Shown one piece after another: positions 43,528 to 63,230 of a stretch of 64,000 nucleotides of DNA (positions within the stretch are counted from its first letter, which is position 1; each line of letters begins with the position of its first letter). The notes below the pieces were generated by a model. It saw only the letters and a list, made by a program, of their open reading frames with translations. It did not search any database and was not told the DNA's origin. The DNA is taken from NCBI RefSeq assembly GCF_009914755.1, contig NC_060941.1; one strand, written 5' to 3'. Source of the stretch: the human T2T-CHM13v2.0 reference genome, Homo sapiens. The position numbers and the translations under genes are program-made.

Positions 43528-43690
43528 TCAAGTTCTTCTACAAGTGTGGCTGCTGGCCAGCAGCAGCAGCATAACTTGGGAGCTCCTTAGAAATGCAGCG
43601 TCAGGTCCCCCCCACACCAAGTGAATCCAAATGTTCATTTCAACAAGATCCCAGGCGATTTGCATGCACATTATAGCTTGAAAAGCACTT
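43528..43690. mobile_element. MER5A
   Basis: ccagcagcagcagcataacttggga...cattttcaacaagatcccagg...ttgaaaagcact. Confidence 0.8.
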
Positions 43691-43809
43691 CCTTAGATAT
43701 CATCTGTGTTGTCTCTCATTTATTATCTCTCTGGTCATGTGACAAGCACACTTTATCTATTGTAAGTTCTACCAGTACTCACTTCCGAATCATTAAATAA
43801 TGCACTTAA

Positions 43810-44117
43810 GGCCGGGCACAGTGGCTCACGCCTGTAATCCCAGCACTTTGGGAGGCCAGGCGGGTGGATCACGAGGTCAGGAGATCGAGACCATCCTGGC
43901 TAACACAGTGAAACCCCGTCTCTACTAAAAATACAAAAAATTAGCCAGGCGTGGTGGCGGGCGCCTGTAGTCCCAGCTACTAGGGAGGCTGAGGCAGGAG
44001 AATGGAAGGATTCCCGGGAGGCGGAGCTTGCAGTGAGCTGAGATTGCGCCGCTGCGCTCCAGCCTGGGCAACAGAGCGAGACTCCGTCTCAAAAAAAAAA
44101 AAAAAAAAAAAAAAAAA
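43810..44117 (+). mobile_element. AluY
   Basis: Y diagnostics; long pure poly(A); TSD tgcacttaa. Confidence 0.95.
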
Positions 44118-44143
44118 TTGCACTTAAAATCTGGATTTCCTGA

Positions 44144-44640
<497 letters not shown>

Positions 44641-45067
44641 AGTTCTAGTATTATCATTACTTTTACATTCTCTATTTTTTCTTTCAATAATTGTATTATT
44701 TTCATTGTTTTTATGACCACATTTGCTACAGTCATTTAGACATGGTTCTATATGTACATGAATTAGTCCTGCTATGGTCTAAATGGTTGTTTCCCCCAAC
44801 AATTCATAAATTTAAGTCCTGACCCTCAATGTGATGGTTTTAGGAGGTGGGGTCTTTGGAAGGTGGTTAGGGATTGGTGCCTTTTTCAGGGACTGAAGAG
44901 ACCAGAGTTCTCACCTTCCACCATGGGAGGACACAGATAGAAGGTGCCATCTGTGAGCCAGGTAGTGAATCCTCACCAGACACTGAATCTGCTGTCACTC
45001 TGATCTTGAACTTCCCACCTTTCCAGAACACTGAAAAGTAACTCTGTGCTGTTTATAAGTCATCCAG

Positions 45068-45500
45068 CTGATAAAGAAAATGTGGCACATAAACACCATG
45101 GAATACTATGCAGCCATAAAAAAGAATGAGCTCATGTCCTTTGCAGGGACATGGATGAAGCTGGAAACCATTCTCAGCAACACAACACAGGAACAGAAAA
45201 CCACACCACATGTTCTCACTCATAAGTGGGAGCTGAACAATGAGAACACATGGACACAGGGAGGGGAACATCACACACTGGGACTTTTTGAGGGGTGGGG
45301 GACAAGGGGAAGGAGAGCATTAGGACAAATACCTAATGCATGTGAGGCTTAAAACCTAAATGATGGGTTGATAGGTGCAGCAAACCACTATGGCATATGT
45401 ATGCCTATGCAACAAACCTGCACATTCTGCACAGTTATCCCCAGAAGTTAAAGTAAACTAAATTCATTAATTAACTAATTAATTTAAAAAATTAAAAGAA
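45068..45500 (+). mobile_element. L1PA (older, PA8-PA12-like) 3' end
   Basis: gataaagaaaatgtggcac...taggtgcagcaaaccac; TSD ataagtcatccag at 45055-45067 and 45834-45846. Confidence 0.9.
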
Positions 45501-45860
<360 letters not shown>

Positions 45861-46419
45861 TTATAGCAGCATGAATAGACTAAGACAAGTACCCATTGGC
45901 AAGTTCTTTATATTATCACTACTCTATTTATCAGCTTTGCATACTTATTCCTCTCTCACCGGCTTATTACCTTCCTGAGCAGATTTTTATGGATGAGTAT
46001 GTTGGTCATATGCTCCCTCGGTTGGTGTGTATCATCTCCTTTCACCTGGAAATAGTAGTTTCACAAGGAAGGACATTCTTGTGTCTCAAGCTTTTACTCT
46101 CAAAATTTTCTAAACATTTCTTATTATTTTCTGGCACTTAACATTGAAGAAAAATCTGAGGTTGGCTCAATTTCTTTTTCTTTGCAGGTAACTCATTCAT
46201 TCTATCTAGATGATGGTAGGCTTTCTTATTGTTGAAATAACATTGTCACCAGAATATGACTAGTATATGAATATGCTAGCATATGAATACAGTATATGAC
46301 TACACTATAACTAGTTTGCTTCTTTTTGTTAATTTTGGGTAAGAATTGGTGAATTCTTTTGATACATAAGTTCAGATTTTCCCTGAATTTTAGAGAGTTT
46401 TCTTTCCATAGGTCTTTGA

Positions 46420-46720
<301 letters not shown>

Positions 46721-46954
46721 GAAAATATTTTTGCTTCTTTTATTTTGTCCTCTTCTTCAGGAATGCTGATTATCTATATTATTGAATTGCCACTGTCTAC
46801 CTTTTATCTGTCATATAATTTCTGATTACATCTACCTCTGTTCTCTTGCTCTGAATTATGGGAGATTTTTTTCAAGATTATTCACATCATATAATTCAAT
46901 TTTTGCAGCTTTGTTATTTTCATTTTTGCTTCTAATTCCTGCTATTGACTCTAA

Positions 46955-47316
<362 letters not shown>

Positions 47317-48389
47317 TTTTTCTTTAAATCTCCTGTAACAATTTTTTTCTTAACCTAATCATCTTGCCATCTTATTTTCAGAATCCACTTGAAAAAAATC
47401 CTGGGTAGCTGTCGTTTAACCTTTTTTTGATTCCTTAGGGTAAATGTTGCCATGATTTCTAATTTATAATTTGCATGGCTTGTGTTTGCTCTGCTGTTTA
47501 CTGTTCCTTTAATGTATTCAGATCAATGCAGGTAAATCATTTCCACTGAACTGAATGGCGGATGCTCTTGGGGACCACTCACTATTTACCTGGGCGCTGT
47601 CCTTAGAGAGGTAGAGATGGGAGCTGAGTTCATGACATTTCCATCAGAAGGACTGACTTGCATACTTTATTTTCTTTGTGTTCATTGGATTAGCAGCACT
47701 AGGAACAAGCTTTCTCTGCAAGCTTTCCTGTTTGGATGAACTTCATTATGTAAACACCAAGTGGGTTTGTCTCCTTTCTCCTCCTTGGGAGCTGATTATT
47801 GTCTCCCAATTCTGAAAACACAATCTCAGTTCGAAGTGATCCAGTTACTTGTTAGCTAAAGGCTCTGCTTTCCATAGTTGTTCTCACTAGTTCGAGGTGA
47901 AGAAACAGTTCTCAGTAGAGTAATTGCCAAAGGTCTCCTGGTTTGCCCTCTCTTCAGACCTCACCCAACACCGTAGAGGACGTTCTCTATGTCCTCCTCT
48001 CTCACTCACCATCTGTGCACTCCAGAGAAAGCCTAAACTGTGTCAGAGAAAAGCCATCCCACGAGCTTTCTTTCTAACCATGAGCATGGTCTGGGGATGC
48101 TGTTAACACAGCACACAGTTCTCCTACAGCTTATCCACGACCTTATTTAAGGGATATCAGCTGGATTTGTCAGAATTTTCTGTTTCTCAGAAAGTTGCAC
48201 AGCCTTCTCAGGCAGGGAAGTTATCCACTGATTCCTTGTGTCTTTCTTGAGTTTGGCAGAGCCTGCTCTTTACCCAGAAGTAAGCATGCACAGTGGTTGG
48301 CTGGCACCAAGCGTGGTTAGTACCATTCCTTTGTTTCTGCCATTTGTTGAGAGTTTTGGAGCTTTCCCTTTATTGATACTTCTCTCTAA

Positions 48390-48768
<379 letters not shown>

Positions 48769-48870
48769 TAAATGCCCATTTTCAATTCGCTCACCTATTT
48801 CATAAGTATTTAGAGTGCTTAATAGGTCCCAATCACTGTGAACGGGTCTCTATTATCTTAAGCTATTAGC

Positions 48871-49772
<902 letters not shown>

Positions 49773-49779
49773 AAGATAG

Positions 49780-50840
<1,061 letters not shown>

Positions 50841-50855
50841 TTGATAAATATTTCT

Positions 50856-51155
<300 letters not shown>

Positions 51156-51181
51156 AATATTTCTTTATAGATAGATTGATA

Positions 51182-51462
<281 letters not shown>

Positions 51463-51842
51463 GAACTGTTATGGATACATTAATAAACAGATGACACTAA
51501 GAATTTTAGCTTGGAGAACATTATGGATGAAGTGGTGCTGTTCACCTGTCTGATGTCCGAGATGCTCTTAACTCATGCTCTTAATTTTATCATTTATTCT
51601 TATCTCTAGCAATTCTATAGCCTATGGAACTCTGGAGTGCTTCCTACAAATTACACTGATTCTTAGGGACACTCTTCACTATTCTCAAGTTTTTTTTTTT
51701 TTTAAACTTGAATATTGTCTTTGCTCTTCACCATGTTGAACAACATGAGAACTAGGACATTCTCTTCAATACTTATAAAATAACGTATGTTCACAAAGAC
51801 TTTCCTGAGCAAGGAAAATATTATTGAATATCATATGGATGA

Positions 51843-52252
<410 letters not shown>

Positions 52253-52570
52253 CGCCAATGCTGTTTGAGCTAAAGTGATGAGCACCACTTCCAAGCCTGG
52301 TCTCTAAAAATCTCTTAACGCATGAATCTCAATGTTTTTTGCTCTTCCATTGGCTTGAGGCAGACAAGCAAGTAACCTCGGAAGTCACATGTTGAAAAAA
52401 GGTGAGTCACAACATGGAACAAACCTGGGTGTCATTACATCAAGAAGAGTCACCTGCCAGTTAGAGTCACCCATATTGGATTTCATGTGAGTATAGAGTA
52501 AAATTATTTTGTGTTAAGCCATAGAGCTTCAATGGTTGATCTGCTACGGGACCTAAAATCACCTTAACTT
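52253..52570 (+). mobile_element. MLT1 LTR 3' half
   Basis: ccacttccaagcctgg...gaagtcacatgttgaa...tttgtgttaagcca...caccttaact. Confidence 0.7.
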
Positions 52571-52729
52571 ATTGACCATACGAGCTGGCGTACATTTGTC
52601 ATCACAGCTAACTGTTTCTAGAACCATGAGAACAAGGCCTAGTTCAGATACATTTCCATGGCTGTATGTTTTGAGATTCCATGGCTAAATTGGGGTTCTA
52701 GTACAAGAGTGGCTAGCAAACCTGCCCTA

Positions 52730-53471
52730 TGAGGAAATGAAGGGGAGCTGGATGTGGGTGTCTACAAGTGTGCCTTTCACAGATACTTCTTTCAACTGGC
52801 AGGCAGCCTAACGCCTAATTGTCCAACCTACCATCAGGAGACTCCAAACATAGGAAACTGTTTGTACTGGTGGGCACCCTTGCAGGTCTTCTCTGACCTG
52901 TGTCCAGTTTACATCTGCCTGACCATTGTCCTGTGATGGCAGCTCGACCTCGTGTTCTCTCCAGTGTCTTGGGGACAACTTGGCCTGGGCCAGCCTCTAG
53001 TTCTTGAGTTGGAAGGCACAAATTCAATACATCACCACAATAGGAAACAAATTCAAATATTTCTACCTACAGATTCTGGGCAGGGAGAGCATAATTAATC
53101 GGGAGGGCAGTCCTGTGTCCCCAGCTTACAGAGGGCAGGAATGAAGAGTCAGGCAGAGAAGGAGAGAGGAAAAACGTGGCAACTGGCAGTATGGATAAGG
53201 GGATAGGATGTGGGTCACTTTAAGTTCGTGGGCAAATGCCTGAATAGTCCCTTTAAAGGAAGTGAAGCAGCAGAAAAGTAGGGAGCCCAGTGTGGTAGGA
53301 AGCAGAGATCCCTCTAAGTTCTTGAGGCTGGCCTCCAGCTCGAGCCATTTGGGTGTGGCGTAGAACTGGAAACTGTCCAGGGTGACTGAGCCTGCTTCTG
53401 GTATGAGAAAGCTAAACTTGTATTCAAAAAATGGACGCCAAGGCAACATAAAATTATAAGAATTCACTATA
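52730..53471 (-). mobile_element. MER54-like ERVL LTR
   Basis: Reverse complement begins tatagtgaattcttataattttatgttgccttggcgtccatttttgaatacaag. Confidence 0.8.
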
Positions 53472-53472
53472 G

Positions 53473-53783
53473 GGCTGGGCGCGGTGGCTCACGCCTGTAA
53501 TCCCAGCACTTTGGGAGGCCGAGGCGGGTGGATCACGAGGTCAGGAGATCGAGATCATCCTGGCTAACACGGTGAAACCCCATCTTTACTAAAAATACAA
53601 AAAAATTAGCCGGGCGCAGTGGCAGGCGCCTGTAGTCCCAGCTACTCAGGAGGCTGAGGCAGGAGAATGGCCTGAACCCGGAGGCGGAGCTTGCAGTGAG
53701 CCGAGACAGTGCCGCTGCAGTCTGGCCTGGGCGAAAGAGCAAGACTCTGTCTCAAAAAAAAAAAAAAAAAAAGAAAAAGAAAA
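53473..53783 (+). mobile_element. AluY (Yk-like)
   Basis: cagtctggcctgggcgaaagagc; TSD aagaattcactatag at 53458-53472 and 53784-53798. Confidence 0.95.
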
Positions 53784-54238
53784 AAGAATTCACTATAGTA
53801 TGAGGGACGGTGGATGAAAGGAGAAAAAAAAATTGCATTAATAAAACTTGGTAAGAGAATAGCAGGGACATGGCAGGACATTGGATCTCAATAATGTGTA
53901 TTTGTTATTCACACAACAGGTTTCGTATCTATTATGTGCAAAGCATTATGCTAGATTCTGTGATAACTACAAAAACTTAGACATTAAATTAAATCACAGA
54001 CTAAATTAAAACCCAGTAGAGAAGACATAAATCTCGACATAAATTTTTAATATAAAAAATTTATGTCATTGCATGCATTTATCAAAGTATTATTTTAAGG
54101 TGATTGTCAACTAATTCCTAAATGTTAAATGCAACTTTATCATTTGAGCCAATATTATTTCAGATAATGGAAAGCATTTATATTTTATTTTTCTAAGAAT
54201 TTATTTTACCCACCAGACTAGCTATTAATAATAAGTCA

Positions 54239-54826
54239 GGCTGGGTGCGGTAGCTCACGCCTGTAATCCCAGCACTTTGGGAGGCCAAGGCAGGTGGATC
54301 ACATGAGGCCAGGAGTTCGAGACCAGCCTAGCCAACATCGTGAAACTTTGTCTCTACTAAAAATACAAACATTAGGCCGGACACAGTGGCTCATGCCTGT
54401 AATCCTGGCACTTTGGGAGGCCGAGGCAGCCAGATCACATGAGGCCAGGAGTTCAAGACCAGCCTGGCCAATGTGGTGAAACCCCGTCTCTACTAAAAAT
54501 ACAAAAATCAGCTGGGCGTGGTGGCGTGTGCCTGTAATCTCAGCTATTCGGGGGGCTGAGGCAGGAGAATCTCTTGAACCCAGGAGGCGGAGGTTGCAGT
54601 GAGCCGAAACCGTGCCACTGTACTCCAGTCTGGGCGATGAGTGAGATTCCGCCTCAAAGAAAAAAAAAATACAAACATTAGCCGGGCATAATGGCAAGCA
54701 CCTATAATCCGAGCTACTCAGGAGGCTGAGGCAGGAGAATTGCTTGAACCTGGGAGACAGAGGTTGCAGTGAGCCAAAATCACACCACTGCACACCAGCC
54801 TGGGCAACAGAGCAAGACTCCATCTC

Positions 54827-54868
<42 letters not shown>
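54239..54868 (+). mobile_element. Host AluS with a second Alu (54375-54665) nested in its central A-rich linker
   Basis: Inner TSD aaaatacaaacatta at 54360-54374 and 54666-54680; outer (AAT)n tail. Confidence 0.93.
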
Positions 54869-54873
<5 letters not shown>

Positions 54874-54890
54874 AAATAGACAATTTAAAA

Positions 54891-54930
54891 AATATATACA
54901 TATAACATATATGTGTGTATATATACATAA

Positions 54931-54981
<51 letters not shown>

Positions 54982-54989
54982 TATACACA
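54891..54989. repeat. (TA)n/(CA)n microsatellite
   Basis: Pure TA run at 54934-54973. Confidence 0.9.
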
Positions 54990-55660
54990 TCTTTTGGGAT
55001 ATAGGCATTATCACATCACTGCACAGATCCATAATTTATACCATACCTATTTTGTGACTGGGAACAAAAGTGGGCAAAAAGAAAAGGAAAATACATTGAT
55101 GTTGAGGAGCTCAATTCAGTCTGTGGATAAAGAGACAGAGGCACAAGGTTTAAGTGTGATTGTGGCATTATAGAATGCTTAGGGGTTCAAAATGAAGGCA
55201 ATATCACTGTGAAGTAGAAACAGCTAGTAGACACTCCTTGTGTAAACTAAGCATTGAACAAGCTTTTTGAACAGTTTTGGAAAAGGTCTTCCAGATGGGG
55301 AAACTGGACACTCCCTGAAGAAAGAACCATGAGGAAAGTGTGTTTGTTATCGATCTAATCTGGAGCTTACAAGATACAGACATTCTCTACCTGGGAGAAT
55401 AACAGCTCCTGTTTTTATTCCAAGCACCATAATGCATGTCTAGGGGCATCCCAGACAAGATGTTACTGGCTTCCACCCAAGAGTTTAGCCTCCTGGAAAG
55501 AGTGGTTTATGGAGAGGAGATCTGTGTTCCAGTTGTGTATTTACAGCTTCTCTTTCATGTGACTAGGAATATATGGTGTGAGGACTCAGATGGTAAATAT
55601 GTAAAGTGTGTTTGCTTATTTTAAATAAGTAGGAGGCTGCACCTGATTGGATGTTATCCC

Positions 55661-56059
55661 TGGTAAAAGAAAAACTTCAGCTGAATTAGATTTAAAAGAG
55701 TTTAATTGAGCAAAGAATGATTCGTGAATTGGGCAGCCTCCCGAGCCAGAATGGGCTCAGAGACTCCCACACAGCCACGTGGTGGAAGAAGATTTATGGA
55801 CAGAAAAAGGACAGGGATACGCAGAAAATGGAAGTAAGGCACAAAAACAGCAGGATTGGTTATAAGTCGGCGTTTGCCTTATTTGAACACGGTTTGAGCA
55901 GTTGGTCACATTTGATTGGCCAAAACTTGTTGACTGGCACAAGTGTAGGCTACAGTCTGTTTACACCTTCACTTGTTATAGTTCACGATGTACAGAAAAA
56001 CCTTTAGGCAGAACTTAAAATATGTAAGGAGACAGCTTGAGGCTACACTTGATTTAACA
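55661..56059 (-). mobile_element. MER57-family ERV1 solo LTR
   Basis: aaaagaaaaacttcagctgaatt...gcgtttgccttatttgaacac...gatttaaca. Confidence 0.88.
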
Positions 56060-56644
56060 CTCCTTTAGCTAAGTCTATAGAGCTCGTGAATGTTAGGGCT
56101 GATTAGATTTTATGTGAAAACTGGCCAAGTGTCTGTTTTGTATCCTGTTGGCCCAGGAGTCAAACAGACAGCTTGCTCATTTGCTCAGGCAGTGGGGATC
56201 CCGAGTTGGGATTTGAGTTATGTTTATAGGAAGTATTCTGAACAGTTGAGATTAAAGTGCAGCCTCCATGTCATCCATCTCAAATTAAATCCCCACCCTA
56301 GAATAGACCAGAACTGCAGCCTGACCACGGTTGTTAAACTTGAGATGTGATATTGAGGTCTGTATCTCAGATTCAAAAGGGAAGTTATAACGGCTACTCT
56401 GAGGCCAGCTCTTTTTGCTTTGGAAAAGGTGAAAAATTGCCATGGAATCTCAAAGCATGCATGTGAGTATTCTTAAGAGATTAGAACAAATCATTGCAAA
56501 GGTGAGTGTATACAAGAAAACATGTAAGTCCTAATAGGAGTTAGCATCCTATCCTATAATTTTCATGTCACCGATGTTCAACATGAGGCAAAGCACCACA
56601 AACTATGCAGATGACACACTGGATTTATGGAATTGTATTTCCAC

Positions 56645-57137
56645 CCATCAGAGTCCCAGCAGGAAACAGAATTCAGTGCAGATGGTTTAAATTAAAATAA
56701 ATACATAAAAAGACCACTTCCAGAGGGGTAGGCTGGGTACAGGGGGCAAATAAGGGATAAGGAGGTGTCCAGAGACCAGCAACAGTGGGAAGCTGTCACT
56801 TCCCCTAGGGCTGGAGCAATATAGGGAGAAAAGGGTGTTCATGGACTCTCAGGACTTGGACCCCTGGTGGAGGAGGAACCACTCTGTGAGAGCAACAGTC
56901 ATGGAGAAAGGCCAAAGATAAAGTACCAAAGCTGGGAAGCAGAGAGGGAGATGGGCCTGGTCTCTTTCCTTCCCTTTCCAATCTCCTGCCAATAGTCCCA
57001 TTGGCTGAACCCAACCAGAAACCATCTGGAAAGAGAGCCTGGGGTGATAGAGGACACAGGGCAGAGTGCAGAAGGATAGAAAATGGATCTACTGGAGGTT
57101 TGGAGGAGGAATTGGCAGATGAAAAAATCACAACACA
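56645..57137 (-). mobile_element. LTR16-like ERVL LTR
   Basis: agtcccagcaggaaacaga...ccagcaacagtgggaagctgtcac...cccattggctgaacccaaccagaa. Confidence 0.75.
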
Positions 57138-57849
57138 GGGCTGCTATCTGATATGAAGTTCTGCTTTTAAAAAGAAAAACTCAGTCATCTCTAATGTGTG
57201 GGTTTGGGACAAATTATTCCAGCAGAAATATGCTAGGAAAGATCAGTCAGTAGGAAATCGCAGCTCAGAAGGAGGTCCATGTGAGGACCCTAGTCTGACC
57301 CTGCAGAAGCATGGGCTGGCACGGTGCTTGTGGAGGAGGTGCTACAAAGGGTTCGTGGCCAGGCTTCTGACATCACACATGACCTATCTACTACAGCTAA
57401 CATGTCGTTATTTCCACGTTGGTCCACTGCCCTGCTTGGCAGAGTCATAAAGGATTCTCCTGGCATGCATCTATGCCTGGCTCACTGCCCTTGGTACTAG
57501 GGTTGAGGAAAGCTACTGAAAGTAGAGGTTACTTTCAGTAGGTTGGTAACACTTGACTTTCCTTCTCATGCTGGAAAGCTCTTTAAATAGGTCATGTCCC
57601 TCACGGGGTCACACCAGTTTGTCCATTTTGTCAGAACCTAAGGAGAAGGCAAAGCTCATTTTACTTGCACACAGAGGACCTTAGTCTTCCTGGAAAAGTT
57701 CTCAGCATTTGTAGAGGCCACTAAGCATGTAATGCTCCATCCTTCGTTCGTCTCCCCAAAACAGAGCAATGTGCTACTCTTGGGAGGTTAGAATCCTTTA
57801 AAGGTATTTTTCTCTGCCTCCAAATTCATGGATATAAAGCCATTTCTAC

Positions 57850-58250
57850 CACTTTAATATCTCTCTTTCTGTCCACATTTCCACTGTCATGTCTATCCTG
57901 AATTGTTACAGTAGCCTCGTCACTGGTCTTGGCATCTCTGGTGTGCCCTCCACCTCTTTTTCCATGCTGTAACTTGAGAGATCATTCTGAAATGGCAAGT
58001 TCCATTGAGTCAGGGCTTTGCTTAAAACTCTTCAATCATTCTTCATTGCCATCAGGAAATGTACAAAATTCTTATAAATGTTTTACCGTCTGGCTACTAC
58101 CTACCCTTATTCTCATCATTCTCCAGCATCAGCTCTCCACCCAGCAAACACACACACACACACACCCCACACACACTCAACCACTACACCCAATCCCATT
58201 GATCTCCAGGTTTAGGTTCTACTGATCATCCCACACTCTTCTTTAAGATA
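57850..58250 (+). mobile_element. L2 fragment with (CA)n at 58147-58177
   Basis: cctgaattgttacagtagcctcgtcactggtct...ttgcttaaaactcttcaat. Confidence 0.65.
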
Positions 58251-58814
58251 TGTGGCCTCTTGTATTTTCTGATTTGGAGATACCATTGTGGAGAGACCCA
58301 TTTCACACCTCTGGGTTTTCTTTAAAAGATCTTGGAAGGAAACTGCCTGAAATGTTTGCTACAAATGAAGTGATCTTCTCATTAGTTTCTTTCTTTCTTT
58401 TAATCATCCGAAAAGGAGTCTTGTAAGTCATGCTTAGGATTCACTTAGAGACGCATAACAATGAAGCCAGTCTCCCAATTTAGCAACGCTCCTGGGATTT
58501 CTCCATCTCTTACTGCAGGGTACAGATGCTATGCCTGAGATCAGATACCCAAGTAGAGGCCTGGAAACCAGGGCTGTCTTGATGATTACTTCAAAGTGGG
58601 ATGGGGAAGGCCAGGGTAAAGTGATGTGTTCACGGAGACTTAAGAACTACCAGAAAAAGGAAGTCAGAATGTTGAGACACTGGGTTTACACTGACATTTT
58701 ATTTGACTATGATTGAATATGTAATCAGAAAGTAAAAGTTCTCCATTAAATAAAGCCACTCATTGGTTTAAAGGAAAAATTATTTGGGAGCCTCAACAAA
58801 TTTGTAATTATTAG

Positions 58815-59111
58815 TGTTACTATTATTTTTGAGATGGGGTCTCACTCCATCATCCAGGAGGGAGTGCAGTGGTGAGAGCTCAACTCACTGCAACCTCAGC
58901 CTCCCAGGTTCAAGCGATTCTCATGCCTCAGCCTCCCCAGTATCTGGGATTACAGGCACATGCCACCGCGCCTGGCTAATTTTTGTATTTTTAGCAAAGA
59001 CAGGGTTTCACCATGTTGGTCAGGCTGGTCTCAAACCCCTGACCTCAAATGATCTGCCCTCCTCACCTCCCAAAGTGCTGGTATTATAGGTGTGAGCCAC
59101 CGTGCCTGGCC
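58815..59111 (-). mobile_element. AluSz/Sx
   Basis: TSD aatttgtaa(t/a)tatt. Confidence 0.93.
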
Positions 59112-59149
59112 GAATTTGTAAATATTTTTAAAAAGACAAATACAAAATC

Positions 59150-60966
<1,817 letters not shown>

Positions 60967-61007
60967 GAAACGAAGGGAAGGGAAGGGAGAAACAGAGAAA
61001 GAAGGAG

Positions 61008-61070
<63 letters not shown>

Positions 61071-61095
61071 AAGGAAGAAGGAAGGAAGGAAGGAA

Positions 61096-61153
<58 letters not shown>

Positions 61154-61192
61154 GAGGAAGGAAGAAGGAAGGAAGGAAAGAAGGAAGGAAAA
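60967..61192. repeat. Compound (GAAA)n/(GA)n/(GGAA)n microsatellite
   Basis: ~225-bp almost purine-only tract downstream of the Alu tail. Confidence 0.93.
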
Positions 61193-61541
61193 TGGTTTTA
61201 TCATCATCTCCATAAGGATGGCTATTATTTTAAAAATAACAAGTGTTGACAAAGATGTGAAGAAATTGGGATCTTTGTGCACTGCTGGTGGGAATGTAAA
61301 ATGGTGCAGTCAATATAGAAAACAGCAAAAAGCTTCCTCAGAAAATTAAAAATAGAATTACCATATGATCCAGAAATTAAACTTTTGAGTATATTCCCCC
61401 AAAAAATTGCAAGCAGGGACTTGAACAGATATTTGTGCATCCATTTCATATCAGCATTGTTCATAATAGCCCAAAGTTGGAAGCAACCCAAGGGTCCATC
61501 AAGAGATGAATGGCTAAACAAAATGGGATGTATGCATATCT

Positions 61542-62420
61542 TATGAGATAGAAAAAACCCAAGTGTTCTTTCTAATCTCTTACACAGTCTCTTAACACAA
61601 CACTCTGACATTGGATGTGTGGGGGTTTGTTTCCAACACACCAAGCAATTCTCCAGTGGATACCAGTTGAGTGTCCTCTAATTCAATTCAATTCTGACAC
61701 TATCTACCTGGTGACAGTGTCAGGTTTCACGGGTTGATGGCCCATTTCCACAAGACTTCCCACCATTGCAGGTGCCAGTCTGAAGTAGTACGTTGTCACT
61801 TCTTGTAGGTTGATGCTTCTGATCTATATATCAAAGGTTCCCACAACCCCCTCCTCTGATTTGTTTAATGTGCTACAGCAGCTCACAGAATTCAGGGAAA
61901 CACTTCACTTATGTTTACCCATTTATTAAGAAGGATACTGCAAAGGACACAGATGAACGGCCAGATGGAAAGCATGTGGAGGGCAAGGGATATGGGAAGG
62001 GGTGCAGAGTTTTAATGCCCTTTCTGGGCACCACCCCCAGGAACCTCCATATGTTCAGCTATCTGGAAGCTCTCTAAACCCTGTCCCTTTGGGTTTTTAT
62101 GGAAGTTTCATTATATAGGCAGGTTTGATTACATCATGGGCCATTGATATTTAATTTAATCTTCATCCTCTCTCCCTTTCATGTATGTATGTGTGTGTGT
62201 GTGGTGGTTGGGGGAGGTGAGACACTAAAAGTTCTAACCTTGTAATCATACCTTGGTCTTTCAAGTGACCAGCCTGAAGCCATATAGGGGCCCCCAGCCA
62301 CCAGTTATCTCTCAAACACACTAAAGACACTCTTATCACACACTCCAGAGATTACGAGGGTTTTAGGAGCTGTATGCCAGGAAACAGAGAAGAAAATCAA
62401 ATATACATTTCCCAATGTCA
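61542..62420 (-). mobile_element. MER21-family ERVL LTR
   Basis: gtgtcctctaattcaattcaattctgacactatctacctgg...ttcagctatctggaagctct. Confidence 0.85.
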
Positions 62421-62593
62421 AAAATTAAATGGAATATTATTTAATTTTAAAAATAAAGGAAATTCTGACACATTCTACAATATGCATGAACCTTGAAGAC
62501 ATTATGCTAAATGAAATGAGCCAGTCACAAAAGGACAGATACTGTAAGGTTCCACTTACAGGAGGTACCTAGAGTAGTCAAATTCATAGAGAC

Positions 62594-62993
62594 TGTACTA
62601 ATTTGTTAGGGCTGCCATGACAAAATAGCACAAAGTGGGTGGTTAAAAAACAAAAAGTTATTTTCTCACCTGCTAGAGGCTGGAAGTCCAAGATCAAGGT
62701 GTTGGCAGGTTTGGTTTCTTCTGAGACCTGTCTCCTTGGCTTGCAGATGGGCAAGCCCTTTCCTGTTGTGTCCTCACTGGTCTTTTCCTCTGTGCATGAG
62801 CATCCTTGGTGTCCCTTCTCTTTCTTATGAGGACACCAGTACTACTGGATTAGGACCCCACCCCAAAAGCCTCATTTTAACTTAATCACCTCCTCTAAAG
62901 GTTTTTATTTCAAAATACAGTTATAGTCTGAAATGCTGGGAGTTGAGACTTCAAGGTAAGCATTTGAGAGAGTAGACAATTCAGCCCACAACA
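62594..62993 (-). mobile_element. MLT1B-like MaLR LTR
   Basis: tgtactaatttgttagggctgcc...aattcagcccacaaca; TSD ga(g/a)ac. Confidence 0.88.
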
Positions 62994-63230
62994 GAAACAG
63001 AAAGTTGAATGGTTGTATCCAGGTCCTGGGAGAAGGGAGAATGGGGAGTTATTATTTAATGGCTAAAGTGTTTTAGTTAGAGAAGATGAAGAAAAAATTT
63101 CTAGAGATAGATGGTGCTTATAGTTGCACCACAATGCAAATGCCCTTAATACCACTAAACTGTACACTTAAAATGGCTAAAAGTGTAAATTTCATGTTAC
63201 ATATATTTTTATCACATTTTCAATTAAAAC

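Larger units (their letters stand above)
61195..63230 (+). mobile_element. L1MB-type 3' region, interrupted by MER21 and MLT1B
   Basis: Colinear pieces at 61195-61541, 62421-62593 and 62994-63230. Confidence 0.85.

Noticed and set aside
46250-46310. Degenerate gaatatg/ctag repeat as a structured array
   Set aside because: Too short and irregular; ordinary slippage in an old L1 remnant
54299-54823. 174-aa ORF
   Set aside because: Antisense translation of nested Alus
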